The translations under genes were made by a program, and so were the position numbers. The notes under the pieces were generated by a model, which saw nothing but the letters and a program-made list of their open reading frames with translations, did not search any database and was not told the origin of the DNA. DNA of 64,000 nt, taken from the NCBI GenBank assembly GCA_002269645.1, contig NIVC01003148.1, positions 7,877-71,876 of the forward strand, in the 5' to 3' direction. Positions 23,342 to 36,438 of this stretch are shown in pieces (positions within the stretch are counted from its first letter, which is position 1; each line of letters starts with the position of its first letter). This DNA comes from Macrostomum lignano (taxonomy: Eukaryota).

Positions 23342-25059
23342 GTAGATACTTAAATAAAGAAAAATTAAGACACAGAAATAGCCTACTTGGAATAAGATCC
23401 AGAAGAAATGAGACTCGGGTGCGATTTCTAGGATTGAAGTAGTTCTCATCATATTATAAAACTTCTGGAATACGCTACGAGTAACACTAAGCTACTTCAT
23501 GGTTCTTCATGAAGTACTTCATGGTTTGAATCAAGTACATTTGCCACAGGATGGATGGGAAACTCGAACAATCCAGTGTAAATGAACTTCAACAAGTCGT
23601 GGCCCTTGTCTTTGCAAGGAGGAAGGCAGAGGCAAAGTGGTTGACCGTCTCGCAAAATTCATCAAGTTTGGCTCCGTTACTCTTGACGATTGCAGAACAG
23701 TTCCTGCAAAGGTCTAAAACGGCCCACAAGGGAATGTGTGACCAGACTGACTAATTTCTACAAAGCTGCACCTAGACCCAAGAACCCAGGACCATAATGA
23801 CCATTTCCTATAGCTTCTTCGGTTGTGCTCAAAGCCGTCTTAAGGGGGTGAAGAGACAGAAGCAGTTAAATCTGAGGGAGATTGTGTAGCGTCTACTGCA
23901 TTTTAGTGATATTTTCGGTTGCTTCTGGAACCCATCTTGGTGATTGCGCGCTGCAGTGAATTAAACGTCTTGATAAAATAGTTTCTATCTATGCTAAAAT
24001 ACTACGCTCGTAGAAGTAAACAATTCAGAATTGGCAGTAAATCGGGTATAAACTTAATTTACAATGGTAGCAATTGTAGCGAAAAATAGTTGAATACACC
24101 AATGCATAAACCACGCTGGTTTTCATCCTAAGATACATTTAAGGACAAACAATATTTGATGCATGCTTCAAGTGCTTTTTCTACATGTATAGTCTGACAT
24201 GTAGCTTACCTTCCTAATTCTGTTACATTTCACTGTTACGCTCGAATATGTAAGTAATAAATTTAGTGTGTGTCTGCACTGCATGCAGCTCGTGATTTTT
24301 TTTATAAAGTATTTAAAGAACGAAGAAAGTACTGTTGATTTTATTGTCTATCAGGTTAATTCTTCGGTTGCGTAATTGCTTCAGCTACTTTAAATACTGC
24401 TTTTACAACATCAATATTGTTTTGATGTGTGCATGATGTAATTTTTCTTGAATTGATTTGCTACCACTGATAGCTGAAACAGAAGGTACGCGTCCAATTG
24501 GAGCAATGCTCTCCTTTTTGTGTAAATATCAATAGATGTTATCTAACTTGGGAAAATACTCTTATATTTTCAAGAGCGGCCTTCCAGATCTAGAGAGGCA
24601 TTCGCGCAGTTAGGTGATCGCGATGATGGCGATAAACAGTTACTCAACAACACCTTTGTCTCTCGTCAGCTAATCAAACGGTAATTTTTATATGCGTCCC
24701 CCCAGGTTTTAAGCCTGACAGCTTTGATTGCAAACGCAGTCCGGGTAGCCCAAGGCAACAGTAAACAGACCGCTGCAGAATGCACTACCCGTTCGGAATA
24801 TTTTTCGGCACAAGTTTGAGCAAATCGCGTTTAGACGAGCCGATCGAAGTGGATCTGCGGGTGGAACACGGATAAGTGGGCAATTGTTTGAGATACTTCA
24901 GTGTAGCATTGAGAAACGTTGAGACAATAATGATTATTTAAGAGTTAATTTTATGATAGACTTTTATGCTATTTACACGTACATACATGTAGGCCATCAT
25001 GCATCTGTAGCAGTGGTCGGCAGAATATTTTACCTTGATGGCCTGATAGAGAACATAGA

Positions 25060-25470
25060 GATTGACCGCGGGCCGTAGGAGGGAAGAGAAGAGAGGGAAT
25101 GAAAAAGAGAGAAGGGAGATAAGAGAAGGGAAAAGCAATAAAATAAAGGAGAAGAGAGGAGTGGAGAGAAGAAGAGAAGAGGAGAGGATGAGAGAAATGA
25201 GGGAGAAAAGAGGAGAGGGAAGACAGAAGACAAGACGAGAGGAGAGGAGAGGAGAGAGATGAAAGAAAAGAGGAGAGAGGAGATGAAAGAGATGATAGAG
25301 AAGAGAAGAGAGGAGATGAGAGGAGAGAGGAGATGAGAGAGATAATAGAGAAGAGAAGAGAGGAGATGAGAGGAGAGAGGAGATGAGAGAGATAATAGAG
25401 AAGAAAAGAGAGGAGAGAAGACAAGAGAGGAGAGGAGAGAGGAAGAGAGTACATTAGAAATAAAAGCGCG
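25060..25470. repeat. AG-rich low-complexity tract
   Basis: Irregular (GAGAG/AAGAG)n sequence, with internal ~42-bp duplications near 25290-25420. Confidence 0.93.
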
Positions 25471-26432
25471 GACAAGAGATACATGTATAAACATTGATCG
25501 GGCCAGATTGCTATCACTGAAGTTTCAAAAGACTCGAAATTAAATTCTCCGACTGGCTACAGCTCGTCTCAAAAAAGTTTATTTTTTATGCTTACTATTG
25601 CCTACTATATCTGAATGTTATGAAAGGTAGCTATTCCAAACACGAGTATAATTTCAACATTTGTGTGCGTCGTAGTTTAAACAAAGCTGTCGGCCCTTTG
25701 GCGATAATATTAAAGCGGCACAGAGTTTATTCAAGCATAGGAAATTATAACATAAGTGAGAGGCTGAGAACGAAAGCTTAAGAACGTATAGATGCTGGTT
25801 GCTACCATAGACATAACGAGGATATGGGTAAAGTGCAACAACGCTAGCTCTAGCTAGCAGCTACTACCACAGTGTGACTCTGAAAAAGTGGCGCTTCAAC
25901 CTCAACATTTACGAGCAGTTTCTTTTAGGCAACTCATGAGCTTCAATGATCTGATGGCTCCAGTCGAAATATTGAAATATTATATCCTTCAAAGAGGGTA
26001 TATGGTGTGTAAGCAAACGAAAGTCCTTCCCAGCACGTGACAGAAGTATTAAAAGTCGTGTAAGTGTAACACAAAAAGGCGATTCCGAGTATCATGCTAT
26101 CGTGCATTACCTCAGCTTTTAAGCCTGCAGGATTTGATTCTTTGAGCGTGCCTAGCAAGATAATATAGGATATCAACTTGAAACTACGATACTTTGCTTG
26201 ATTGATAGACAGCAAAATTTTATTGCCTTTCACGTCTTGACATTGCCTTGACACGTCTTTCAGTGTTTTTTCAGGACTGGTTTGCCCAGAGGTCGTTAAA
26301 GGAGTCCCTGAGTCAAGAGGTTTAAAGAGTTTTAACAACAACAAAAAGTAGTTCGCAATTTTTGCGTGGTGCTGTTTACTGGAAATGCCTATATAGGGTT
26401 CTATCATTCTATAAGAAAACGGAATCTTTAAT

Positions 26433-28650
26433 TGATGTAACCGCCCTTGTCGCCTGCCCGCTCCTATTGAGAGACGAACGCTTGGCTAGAGGGGGCAATG
26501 ACCGTAGGCTGCCTATGACCGGGCAATGACCTGACGGACCTCCAGCACCAGACTGTCCCGCCCACATGATTAGTAGCTTTGGTAGCGCTTCGTGACCAGA
26601 GGGCCAAGGACCCACATGGACCCCACCTGTAGCCAAGGTGCAATAGTTGGTCACTCGGTCATGGTATGACCGAGTGGCTGCCACCACTCTATGTGACCTG
26701 GCGCACCTGGATCTTTCTACCAGACCTCTCGAGGCTAGAGCCCCGCCTGGATTGGTTACCAGGGGATTTAGGCTAACAGGGGAGACGCATGCAGCCGAGT
26801 ACAGGGACTCTGCTTGGGGCATGATCGGGAACTCTGGGCTCAATCCTGGTCCTGGAGGATTTCTCAGCAGGGGATCCTTTGTGGCTGTGAGCGAGGCTGA
26901 CTTGCGACTTTGATTACTAAGAGTAGTATGAGGCGAACATGTACTGTCTCTAGTTTAGATTGCTCAGGGCGAAGGGACGCGTTAGCATGGGGTTGCAACC
27001 TTCCTACTGCCATTCTGTGCCAAGACTCGCTAATTACCCTCCACTGCACGCACACGCGGCCCCGCAGCACGCACTCACAGGCGGGCTTTGCACGGGGAGA
27101 GGTCATTAGCTTACCCAAACTTCCCTATGCTTTGCCACCCCGGGAGAAAGGCTTAGCAAGCCATGAGTTAAATGATGGTGAGAGATTGAATAATGATGGA
27201 GTTAGTTAGTAGTTAGTAATTAGGCCTTTAGGCGAATAATTAGGCAATTAGGCGGCTTCACTATTGAGTAAAATACAGCAAAAAGTTACGGTATCACAAT
27301 TGGCTCAGCTCTCTAATCAGACAATGGAAAATAGGCAAACCCCGAATAAGCAAAGGCAATTAGAGCACAAATTAGTAACAGGAACTTACCGGCAGCTGCA
27401 CAGAGAGAGAGAGAGAGGCGGAGTGACCGAGGGCGGCTGTAGGCTGCAGTCAGGCAGACCGTGAAGCGGCGATGCGCTGGAGCGACGAGGCGCTGATGTA
27501 GATCAGGCGATGCTGATGATGCTGGGCGGTATCAGACCGCTGGCCGATAGGCGAGCTCACTTGGGGAGCTAAGGATAACTTGGCGGTAACAGACCGCGGA
27601 CCGGCAGGGATTCGTCCTATAGACGAATGGGTCAGAACTCAATCTGACAGCAAGTCCAAAGAAGGACGAGGAGAGGAAGAGGTGAGGATTCTCATGCCGA
27701 AATCGCTTCCTTTTATAGACCTCACAGCCGCCTCCTCAAGGTCGTTACCATGGCTCCCTCTCTCTGATTGGCTGCCGGCAGAATGACGTCAGAATGAGTC
27801 ATGATGAGAAGCATGAGACCGGCATAGCAACATGAGAAATCGGGAAATTGCGCAATCCGGAGGTGGGGTGGGGGGATAATTGGCGCAGCGGGAGGTCGCG
27901 AAAGTATTGCGCAAGCAAACATTGAGAACAAAAGGGCTGGGGTCGAGAACAAAGGAGTTGGAAAACGGGGATAATTGGGGAGAACTGGGAACAATGGAAA
28001 AGTAAACATTGGGGAAAAGGTGATAATTAGGTGCGAAAACGAGAACAAAAGAAAGAGAAAATCGGAGAAAATGTGATAATTGGTGGGGGTCGAGAGAACA
28101 AAAGAATCAAAAACGAGAACAATAGAAGCGGAGGTGGGGTGGGTGTCGCGTGAGAAATTTGGGGAGGAGAACAATGGCGTGAGAAAAGGTTGCGCAAGAG
28201 AGGGGGGTGAGTCATCGATGAGTCATCGGGGGGAAGAAGGGGTCACACGACTTGCGTCACCGTTTGGGAGTTTGGGAGGGGATGGGGAGACGGTGAGCAC
28301 ACAACATACTGTAAGTAGACACAGGGAAAGAGGGGACAGCGCAGGAAAAGAGTGCAGAGGGAGACAAAAAGAGGGGAGATAGGGAAATTACAGAAAGAAT
28401 AGGGCGGAAAACAGAAGAGATAGGGTAGAGGGGGAGGTACAGAAAGGGGTAGGGGGCTCCGGAAAGGCAGGTGTGGCGGCAGGGGAGACGGGACCAAGGC
28501 AGCAGGAGGGGTGCAGCAGAGCGGGAGTCTCCAGGCCCGGTCGGAGACCTGGCCGAGTCTCGACAGCTCTGTGCAGAGGGTGCACGGGATAGGAGGCACT
28601 TTCGAAAAAGTTCCCATGTCCTATCCCGCGACCAGAGCGTGGTTACATCA
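26433..28650 (-). mobile_element. Solo-LTR-like element family Y, copy 2 (uninterrupted, 2218 bp)
   Basis: TGATGTAACC...GGTTACATCA with an exact 4-bp TSD TAAT (26429-26432 and 28651-28654). Confidence 0.85.
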
Positions 28651-28986
28651 TAATGTCCATGTACTTAGTGCAACTGCAATTAGCTATGCTTTTTAAAAAA
28701 GGTAGGTTTCGAAGAGTCTGCGTCTTGTTCGGGAAGCAGGGCGCAGTGCAGTAATAAAAACTTTTTTACCTGGCCAGATGAGATCGAGAGGAGTCGGGAG
28801 ACAAGAGATGCGAAATAAGATAAGATGTGCTATTGTACTATACCTTTTTGCGATCTATACGAGTCGTAGTGTGCCAAAACTGCAATCAATTTTGCCTGCG
28901 GAAAAATATCACTTATAATTTTGCTGTCTAGGCCAAGTCTGCTCAGTCATGACCAGTTTCAGCCACAGACAACTCTTTGAAAACTG

Positions 28987-29419
28987 CAATCAATTTTGCC
29001 AAAACTGCGACCTAGTTTGCCCATAGCAAGCCAAGAAAAATTTTTATTGAGGATCAATTCGGAAGTGTGACGAAATAAACTGTAACAGTGAACAATAAAC
29101 AGAACAATAAATGCTCTCAATCATAGCATTGTTAAGGGACCTCCGCTTGGCACCTCCGCGAGGCAGAGGCTCTATACGACCGGTTGCGTTGGATTGTCCA
29201 ACTATATGTAAGTCACGGTTCTTCGTGAGATGCCCAACAGCCTACCGAAATCTTGCCAGTCCTCTCCATCCTGATATGCTTTGAATCAATCGCTGCCGGT
29301 CCTTCGCTGAAATCCTGTTATAAGGTCCACGCTGGGCCATTCTTTGATCTTGCTATGTATGTCTGTGGTGTTTTCTTTGCTATGGGCAAACTAGGTCGCT
29401 TTTTTGGCAAAATTGATTG
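28987..29419 (-). mobile_element. Inverted-repeat-bounded Tc1/IS630-like deletion derivative retaining the N-terminal HTH
   Basis: About 44-bp IR (28987-29030 and 29376-29419). Minus-strand 29340-29125 reads MAQRGPYNRISAKDRQRLIQ/AYQDGEDWQDFGRLLGISRRTV/TGRIEPLPRGG with frameshifts, homologous to 46754-47010. Confidence 0.65.
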
Positions 29420-29529
29420 AAATCAGCCGAATTTTGAAGCATATTTTCGTGTTCCAACTTAAACATTTACAATATTTCTGGTCTTTGTAGTTTTTTAATC
29501 GATGAAAAACTTTGATCAAATATACTTAC

Positions 29530-29650
29530 CCTCACCCCCAGTGACAACTCTCTTATCCGCGATGTTCTGCGCATCATCGAAAAGACGAAATGATTCAACG
29601 TTGTTCACCATTCCGATGACGAATCCGAAACAGATTAAAATTGACAGCAT
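29530..29650 (-). CDS. Possible first exon of a secreted protein
   Basis: MLSILICFGFVIGMVNNVES-FRLFDDAQNIADKRVVTGGE ends at a GTAAGT donor (phase 1). An in-frame acceptor exists in ORF 26407-25943 at ...actcag|GG ACT CCT. Confidence 0.3.
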
Positions 29651-30341
29651 TCGGCTATAGCGGTAGGGCTTCGATTCCAGAGGGAAGAAGACGAACATTG
29701 TTGAGAAAAATTACAGAAGAGACACGAAATTAGCTTGTTATTTCACAAAATTAGCTTTTCTCACTTCTATATTAGCATGAAAAACGTTTTGTTTTAACCT
29801 AGCATCTTCTTTTATACTTTGCTGCAGTCCAATCAGAACCTCTTGTACTCATTGGACAAGATTGAGTCTAGCTGTCTTCTGATTCACCTGATAACGATTT
29901 TGGAGCTTGTGATGTGACCAATCCTAGGATAACACGTTTGACTGAAATATCGTACTATAGTTTTGCTTCGCTAATATTTCCCACTGACCGTTTCTAATTA
30001 GACAACTCTTGGCCATCGAATCCAACCAGTGAAAGATCCCGGTAGGGTCAGTTTAAAACTCGATCCTAGCTCAGCAGAAAGCGTTTACTGTTACATGTAT
30101 TAACTGCAACGCATACATGCCTTACATGCGAAATACGAGACAATATTATATGAGCTGTTCAACTTTTTGCTTATTAACTACGCCATAAATTATGCAAGTA
30201 TTTCTGCTTGAATCGCTTGACTCCTTGCTTGCAGTTCATTGTTTTTGACAGTTCGATTTTAACGAGTACATATTAGTAGTTGATCCGTACATTATTCGTT
30301 TGCATATGCGTAGGAACGTTTCAAAAACTGAGGGCTAGGTT

Positions 30342-30560
30342 CAGTGGCGGATTTAGGGAGGGGGGACGCACAGGGCGCACACCCCGTCGAGTTAGATTTA
30401 TTTATTTTTATATAGGAAATGCACATTATCATGTACGTACCGATTATTTTCAGAATCGGTGTCAGCCCTCATTTTGGTGCCGCAGGTACTCATTTTAGCG
30501 CCGCAGGCACTCATTTTGGCGCCGCAGGCACTGTGTTCTGTCGTCCTGCAGAAAAATGCA
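30342..30560 (+). mobile_element. hAT-like left end with 21-bp minisatellite units; right end not found
   Basis: CAGTGGCGGATTTAGGG terminus, three GCCGCAGGCACTCATTTT units, and a ttttcagaatcggtgt motif shared with the 58071 element. Confidence 0.45.
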
Positions 30561-30792
30561 TTCCTGCAAAGCAGCAAAAACCAGAAATAAGAGTAAAACA
30601 TGAGAAAAAAGTCAAAATTTTGCATTTAAACTGTGGAAGGGCCAGTTACCATTGTTGGCAAAGTGTGGGGAGGACGCATGGTCCCACTTTCCCCCATTCC
30701 TACGCATATGTTCGTTTGACGAATGTGCAATGAATAGTAATTTAGTAACTGTAAACGTGCCTTAATTTGGCTTTACGAGAGCTAGTTTGGGT

Positions 30793-31044
30793 GCACGCGA
30801 AGGTGTATTCAGCACGCCAGTGAAGTATGAGACAGACCAGGCCTAAGGGCTACGGTCTGCGATGCTTCACGCCTGCCCCTATATTCAGCAGGTCAAGGCT
30901 GGAGAGGGAGGTCTGCACCCGCTATTTGCCACTGGCAGCCGCAGACCCCCCCCCCTCACGCTGTTTCACAAGTCGACCCAGGGTACTCGTCCCCGCGTGT
31001 GTTCAAGGCAGACCCTAGGGCTGCTGGACAGACTGGGCTCCGAC
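30793..31044 (+). ncRNA. HDV-like self-cleaving ribozyme at the retrotransposon 5' end
   Basis: P1 GCACGCG/CGCGTGT with G1.U; P3 GGG/CCC; L3 TACTCGT; P1.1 AC/GT; P4 31003-31028; J4/2 CAGAC; P2 (GTCG)ACCCA/TGGG(C)T(C)CGAC. G1 is the first base after the TSD. Confidence 0.85.
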
Positions 31045-31265
31045 GCTGGCGACCCATCCAGTGGCTTCGGCCGAATTTGGGTATGCGGGTCTGGCTTGCC
31101 AGCCTGCAGGCCGTGGTACTGCTTAACGTACCCCCTAATGCCTAAGGTGTTTGACCGTGCCGATGGGCTGGAAGGCCGGGGGGTTGTCCGGTCGCTAGCG
31201 GTCCTTTTCTTTTTCTTCTTTCCTCTTTCTTTTGTGACTCAGCTCACTCCTTCCCGCTTTCAGCT

Positions 31266-32732
31266 ATGGCGTCATCCGCCTCTTTAACCCCCGCTGAAGC
31301 CGGGGCCCCGGCAACTCCGGCCGGTGACTCTGGCACCAGCGCCGCCCCACCGGGGGCAGATGGGCTTGCCGCCGGCTCGGCTGGTGACATGCCCGCACGC
31401 GCAACCGGGCCCTCCGCTGAAGCCCGACGCACCCGCAACCAACGCCGCAACGAGCGGCGACGGCGACTACGGGGTACTGCGGGCCGGCCACCGGCGGAAG
31501 GGGAACCTAGGGAGGGCGAGGCTGCTGTTGGGCCGAAAGGAACCACAGCAACCCCTGCCCCCCAGGATACAACCCCCGCTGGTGAGCCACCCAGTATACC
31601 TGCTACAAGCGCGGCCGGGCCTTCGGGAACCGCCGCCACCAACTACGCCTCAAAGGTCAAGCTCCAACCGGCGGTCATCGTCTTCGGGGAAGAGCAGGAC
31701 CTCACGGCCGACGAGCTCGACAGTGCCTGGCGCACCATCGATGCTGCGCTCATCGACCAGCTCCTGGCGGGCCGCCCTGTGAGCGTGGTCAAGTCTGCCA
31801 AGACCGACGGCTGCATCTTCATCTGGTGCAGCTCGGAGGAGAGCAGCCGCAATCTACGCGAGCTTCTGCCAAAGCTGAACTGGCCCAAGAAGCTCGGCAA
31901 GCTCGTCTTCGCCAGCGAGGGCGAACGACAGAAGACCCAGCGCTTTCGCGTCTGGATCCCGGCCGGCAGTGCCATTAAGTCCGGAGATCAGCTTAGGCAA
32001 ATATTGCTAAAGCTGCACCCCGACCTTAAGGTCAACGGGCTCCTACACCACGCCACTTCCCGCAAGGAGAAGGGGGCTACGGTGATCCTAGGGCTCTCTG
32101 ATGACTGGGCTAAGCGCTTGCCGCCTAAGTCCACAATTCATATTGGTCTGACTCAGCTGACCATCCTCCGTTGCGAGGAGCGGAAAGCTGATGAAGCCAA
32201 GAATGCCAAAGCTTCCGAAACCGGAACTGGGGCCCAGGCTCCTCCGGCAAAGAAGCCGAGGCAAACGGCCGATCCTATGCCCGGTAAGGCAGTTCGCGCT
32301 GCTGAAACCGGAAATCGCAATCGCAGACCCGCCAGGAGCACCCGGAGGTCCGGCCTGATCCAGCGCGCGCTGGACCAGGCCAAGAACCTTCGTGCGCATC
32401 GTGAGCGGGCCCGCGCTTCTCGCGCTCCACCCCAACAGCCAGAAGGCCAGACTCTAAGCGGGGAGGCTCCGACCGACTGGTTCGAGTCTGTGACTCACCA
32501 GGAGGCTGGCGCCACCCGCATCGACCTGACCGACGAGGCAGAGGGGACGGGCAGTGACAGCACCGAAGCACGCAGGAGAGGCGACGGTAACGTCCACGCT
32601 GGGCTCACGTCCGCGGAGGACTCCACAGCCACCCTAACTGCTGAGGACGCTGAAACTCCCATGGAGGTCTGCGGGTCACCCACCACTGAAAAGGAGGAGG
32701 ATGACCTGCTCAACGATTCCCCAACTGCGTGA
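31266..32732 (+). CDS. LOA-type ORF1 (DUF4780-like central domain with disordered termini), 488 aa
   Basis: Intact ORF with RFRVWIP...LLKLHPDL...ILGLSDDWAKRL...IHIGLTQL and no CCHC knuckle. The domain call is from recall. Confidence 0.8.
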   Translation: MASSASLTPAEAGAPATPAGDSGTSAAPPGADGLAAGSAGDMPARATGPSAEARRTRNQRRNERRRRLRGTAGRPPAEGEPREGEAAVGPKGTTATPAPQDTTPAGEPPSIPATSAAGPSGTAATNYASKVKLQPAVIVFGEEQDLTADELDSAWRTIDAALIDQLLAGRPVSVVKSAKTDGCIFIWCSSEESSRNLRELLPKLNWPKKLGKLVFASEGERQKTQRFRVWIPAGSAIKSGDQLRQILLKLHPDLKVNGLLHHATSRKEKGATVILGLSDDWAKRLPPKSTIHIGLTQLTILRCEERKADEAKNAKASETGTGAQAPPAKKPRQTADPMPGKAVRAAETGNRNRRPARSTRRSGLIQRALDQAKNLRAHRERARASRAPPQQPEGQTLSGEAPTDWFESVTHQEAGATRIDLTDEAEGTGSDSTEARRRGDGNVHAGLTSAEDSTATLTAEDAETPMEVCGSPTTEKEEDDLLNDSPTA

Positions 32733-32734
32733 TA

Positions 32735-35700
32735 ATGATCAGCAACCAGGGAATCCATTGCCTGCAGATTAATCTGCAGCACTGCGTCGCAGCCTCGGTC
32801 AACCTTATGCGTTACGCCGAGCTCGACAAGCCGGGGCTCATCCTCGTCCAGGAACCCTGGACTCTCAGAGGTAAGCCTCAAAACGCCCCTGCTGGCTACA
32901 ATTGTTTTTATACTTACCCTCGCGAGGCCAACCAGCCTCCCAGAGCTTGCATCTTTGCGAGCAAAACGCTCAGTGCGTGGCTCAGATCGGACCTGTCCAA
33001 CAGGGACATCTGCGTCATCCAATCCGAGGACCTTCTTCCTGGGAAGACCACCCTCATTGCCTCGGTTTACCTACCAGGCGATGCTGCGGTCGTCCCCAGA
33101 GCCCTCGCTACGCTGGTAGAGCTCTGCTCTGCCAAAAACTACGAGCTCATGGTTGCCGGCGACATCAACGCCCACCACACTCACTGGGGCAGCACTGGCA
33201 TTAATCAGAGAGGCGAAGACCTCCTAGCCTACGTTGCCTCTACGACCCTCGAGTTCTGCAACTCTGGGTCCACCCCTACCTTTGACAACGGACGGTGGTC
33301 GGAGGTGATCGACGCTACGCTCGCAACGCCCAGACTCTACCAGAGTATTGGGGCGTGGCGGGTGCTTCCAGTGTCCTCACTATCGGATCACAAGTTCATC
33401 TCCTTCAACCTAATGGCCGCGCGTAGCGCAACTCGTGTTATGTGGAGACGGAACGCCAGAAATACTGATTGGGAAACCTTCGGGCTCGCCCTGAAGGAAT
33501 TCCATCGGTCTCCTGGCCAACCATTCACGATCACGTCGTGCCGAGAGGCGGATGAGTGCGCGACTGTTTTGACAGAGACGCTAACCGCCGCCTTTGAGGC
33601 GTCCTGCCCTTTAAAAGCCTATAAAGGGAAAAAATCGGCGCCGTGGTGGAATCCCGAGCTCGGCAACCTCCGTCGCAGGGCTAAGAGACTCCACCGCAGA
33701 GCAACTAAAACTAAGAGCCCTGCAGACCAAACCGCCTATCATGAAGCAATTCATGAGTTTAAAAGGCAGGTTAGGAATGCAAAGGCTCAAAAATGGCGAC
33801 AATACTGTGAGGAGCTAGAGGGCTCACGCCCCACCTCCAGAGTTGTGAAAGCGCTCACGCTGGACAAAATGTCTAAGCTCTCCTCGGTCAAACGCACCGA
33901 CGGTACGTCCACGGACAACCCAGGGGAAACGCTTGATGTAATGCTCACTGCGTTTTTCCCTAACGAGCCAGCTAACCAGACCACTCCGGATCACTCGGAG
34001 GGAGGTCACGCGCTGGCTGCATCTATCATCACGGAGGACCGCATTGTGAGAGCGGCAAATTCCTTCAAGCCTTTCAAAGCCCCAGGACCCGACGGCATTG
34101 TACCGGCCCTTCTAAGAGAGGCGGTTAAATGCCCAGGCTTCCTGCGCAAACTTTGCAGCCTTCTTCGGGCATGCATCACGCTTGGTTATGTCCCGCAGGC
34201 ATGGACCGAGGCAAAGGTGATCTTTATCCCTAAGCCAGGCCGCCCGGACTACCATTCTATCAAATCCTTCAGACCGATCAGCTTGACCTCCTCCCTGGTC
34301 AAGCTGATGGAGAGACTGGTGCTTTGGCGCCTTCTCTCTGTTGAGCTGAAGAACAAACCTCTCAGCGAGAACCAGCACGCTTTTCGGGCGGGTCGCTCCA
34401 CTGAAAGCGCGCTGCACGTCCTGGTCGATAAACTCGAGAAGGCCGTGCTTGGTAGTGGCTTTGCTCTGGGGATCTTCCTGGACATCATTGGCGCCTTCGA
34501 TAACGTCCTCTTTGAGGCGTTCCGAAGAGCTCTTTGTGAGAGGCTAACGCACTCACATCTCACCAGATGGATCATGTACATGATCAGCCATCGCACGGCC
34601 ACCGCCAGTCTGCTGGGCTACCAGAGGACGGTCCCCGTCTGCAAAGGTAGCCCGCAAGGTGGGGTGCTGTCTCCAGTTCTCTGGAATATGGTCATCGATG
34701 AGCTCCTCCGGGATGTTCGGCCTGACCCCATTCTGAAAGTTGGATATGCGGACGATGTCACCGCGGTGGCATCTGGTCCGTCCCCTGATACCCTCAGGGA
34801 CCTTCTTCAGAACTTCATCTACGCTGCTGAGCAATGGGCGGACCGCTGTGGTTTAAGGCTCTCTGAGACTAAGACCGCAGCGATCATGTTCACCAGCAGG
34901 ACCAAGTGGCAGATTCGGCCGCTCACGCTTTACGGAAGGGAAATCCCCTTCTGCAAGCAGACTAAATGTCTGGGTATTACCCTGGACCACAGGCTGAACT
35001 GGTCTCCCCACGTTCAAACAAAAGCCAAAAAGGCCTTCGCAGTCCTCGCGCAATTGCGCAGGGCCGTCGGCACCACCTGGGGGCTCACCCCCAAGCGCCT
35101 CTGGTGGATCTACACTGCAATGGTTAGGCCCGCTATCTCGTATGGCGGCCTGATCTGGGCTAGCGCCCTGCAGATAAAGACCTGTCTAGAGGCTCTCAGG
35201 AGAGCGCAAGGGCGCGCTTGTCGCACGATCATGAGCGCCCCTCCGTCTGCTCCTTACGATGGCCTCAACGCCTTCCTCAACATTCCTCCGCTGGACATCT
35301 TTGTCCGCAGGGAAGCGGCTAAGACTGCCCGCCGTCTAGCTGACGCTGGCATTCGAATCCAGCCCCATAGGGCCATGGCTAAGCGCAAGCTTCTGCCCCA
35401 CGCTGACCTCTGCCTCAAGGACTTGAGAGACAGCGGCGGGCTCCACGTCCTATCTGACGGCGAACCCCGCACTCTCAACCTCTTTCAGCGCTACAAGGTC
35501 ACCATCCCCTCTAGGGATGCTGCCAATGACCACTGGAATTTCCAGGAGGTCCATTGCTACACGGACGGATCCATCAAAGACGGTCGCGCCGGCTTTGGGG
35601 TCTGCATCATCATCAACGGCCGCGTAATTGCCACGCATGCCCAGCACACTGGTAGACTCTCCACAGTCTTCCAGAACGAAGTCCTTGCCATCAGCTCTTG

Positions 35701-36438
35701 CGCTGCAGAGCTAAACGCCAAGGTTACGAGAGGAAAGACTATTGTCATCCACTCCGACAGCCAAGCGGCCTTACAGGCCCTTTGCCACACCACAACGAAC
35801 TCCCGGACAGTCGCCGACTGCGCCCGGCAGCTCAACCTCCTGGCCAGAAGCAATACTGTCAGGCTGAAGTGGATCCCAGGGCACGCAGGGTTTCCGGGGA
35901 ACGAGCTGGCAGACACCCTCGCCAAGAGGGGCGGCTCTGGCTCTTTTTTCGGCCCTGCCCCCTGGTCCCTATGCCCTTGACAGTCATCAATCGTCAGATC
36001 GACGACTGGGCTGACTCCCTCCACAGGGACAGATGGGCGGGCACCCAAAACTGCCGGCAATCTCGTGCCGCGGTTCCTTGCCCGTCTCACAGGCTCAGAA
36101 ACATCCTTCTGAACCAGAATCGGAAGGATATTCGAGCCCTTGTCATGACCCTTACCGGCCATGGCTACCTCGCCAGGCACTGCTTCCTCCGAGGCGACCT
36201 CGAGAGCGAAATTTGCCCCTTTTGCGAGTGCGACAATGAAGATGCTCAGCACTTTGTCTGTCACTGCCCTTTCTTTAACAGAGACCGGCTACGCTACCTC
36301 GGGCCGAACCCGTCCATTGACGAGGTTTGCCAGCCCGACAGCATCCCACGGCTCATCCAGTTCCTTCGGGCGACTAGACGAGCCAGTTTCTTCCCAACGG
36401 AAGATCACGCTGCAGGACGGACCGGCGGACCACCCTGA
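32735..36438 (+). CDS. ORF2: AP endonuclease, reverse transcriptase, RNase H and CCHC-type finger; one base missing near 35941-35965
   Basis: CLQINLQH...LVQEPW and GDINAHH...SDH (APE); KGSPQGGVLSP and GYADD (RT); YTDGS, HSDSQAAL and WIPGHAG...NELAD (RNase H); CPFCECDNEDAQHFVCHC in the shifted frame. Confidence 0.93.

Noticed and set aside
23390-23990. Coding-like segment near 23.4-24.0 kb
   Set aside because: All frames I translated have stops and no recognisable motif, so I could not support a call.
31061-31082. Alternative ribozyme 3' end using GGC-UUCG-GCC-GAAU-UUGGGU
   Set aside because: It looks like HDV J4/2, but it gives only a 5-bp P2 after a 2-nt slip and no helix closing P4. The 31029-31044 assignment fits better.
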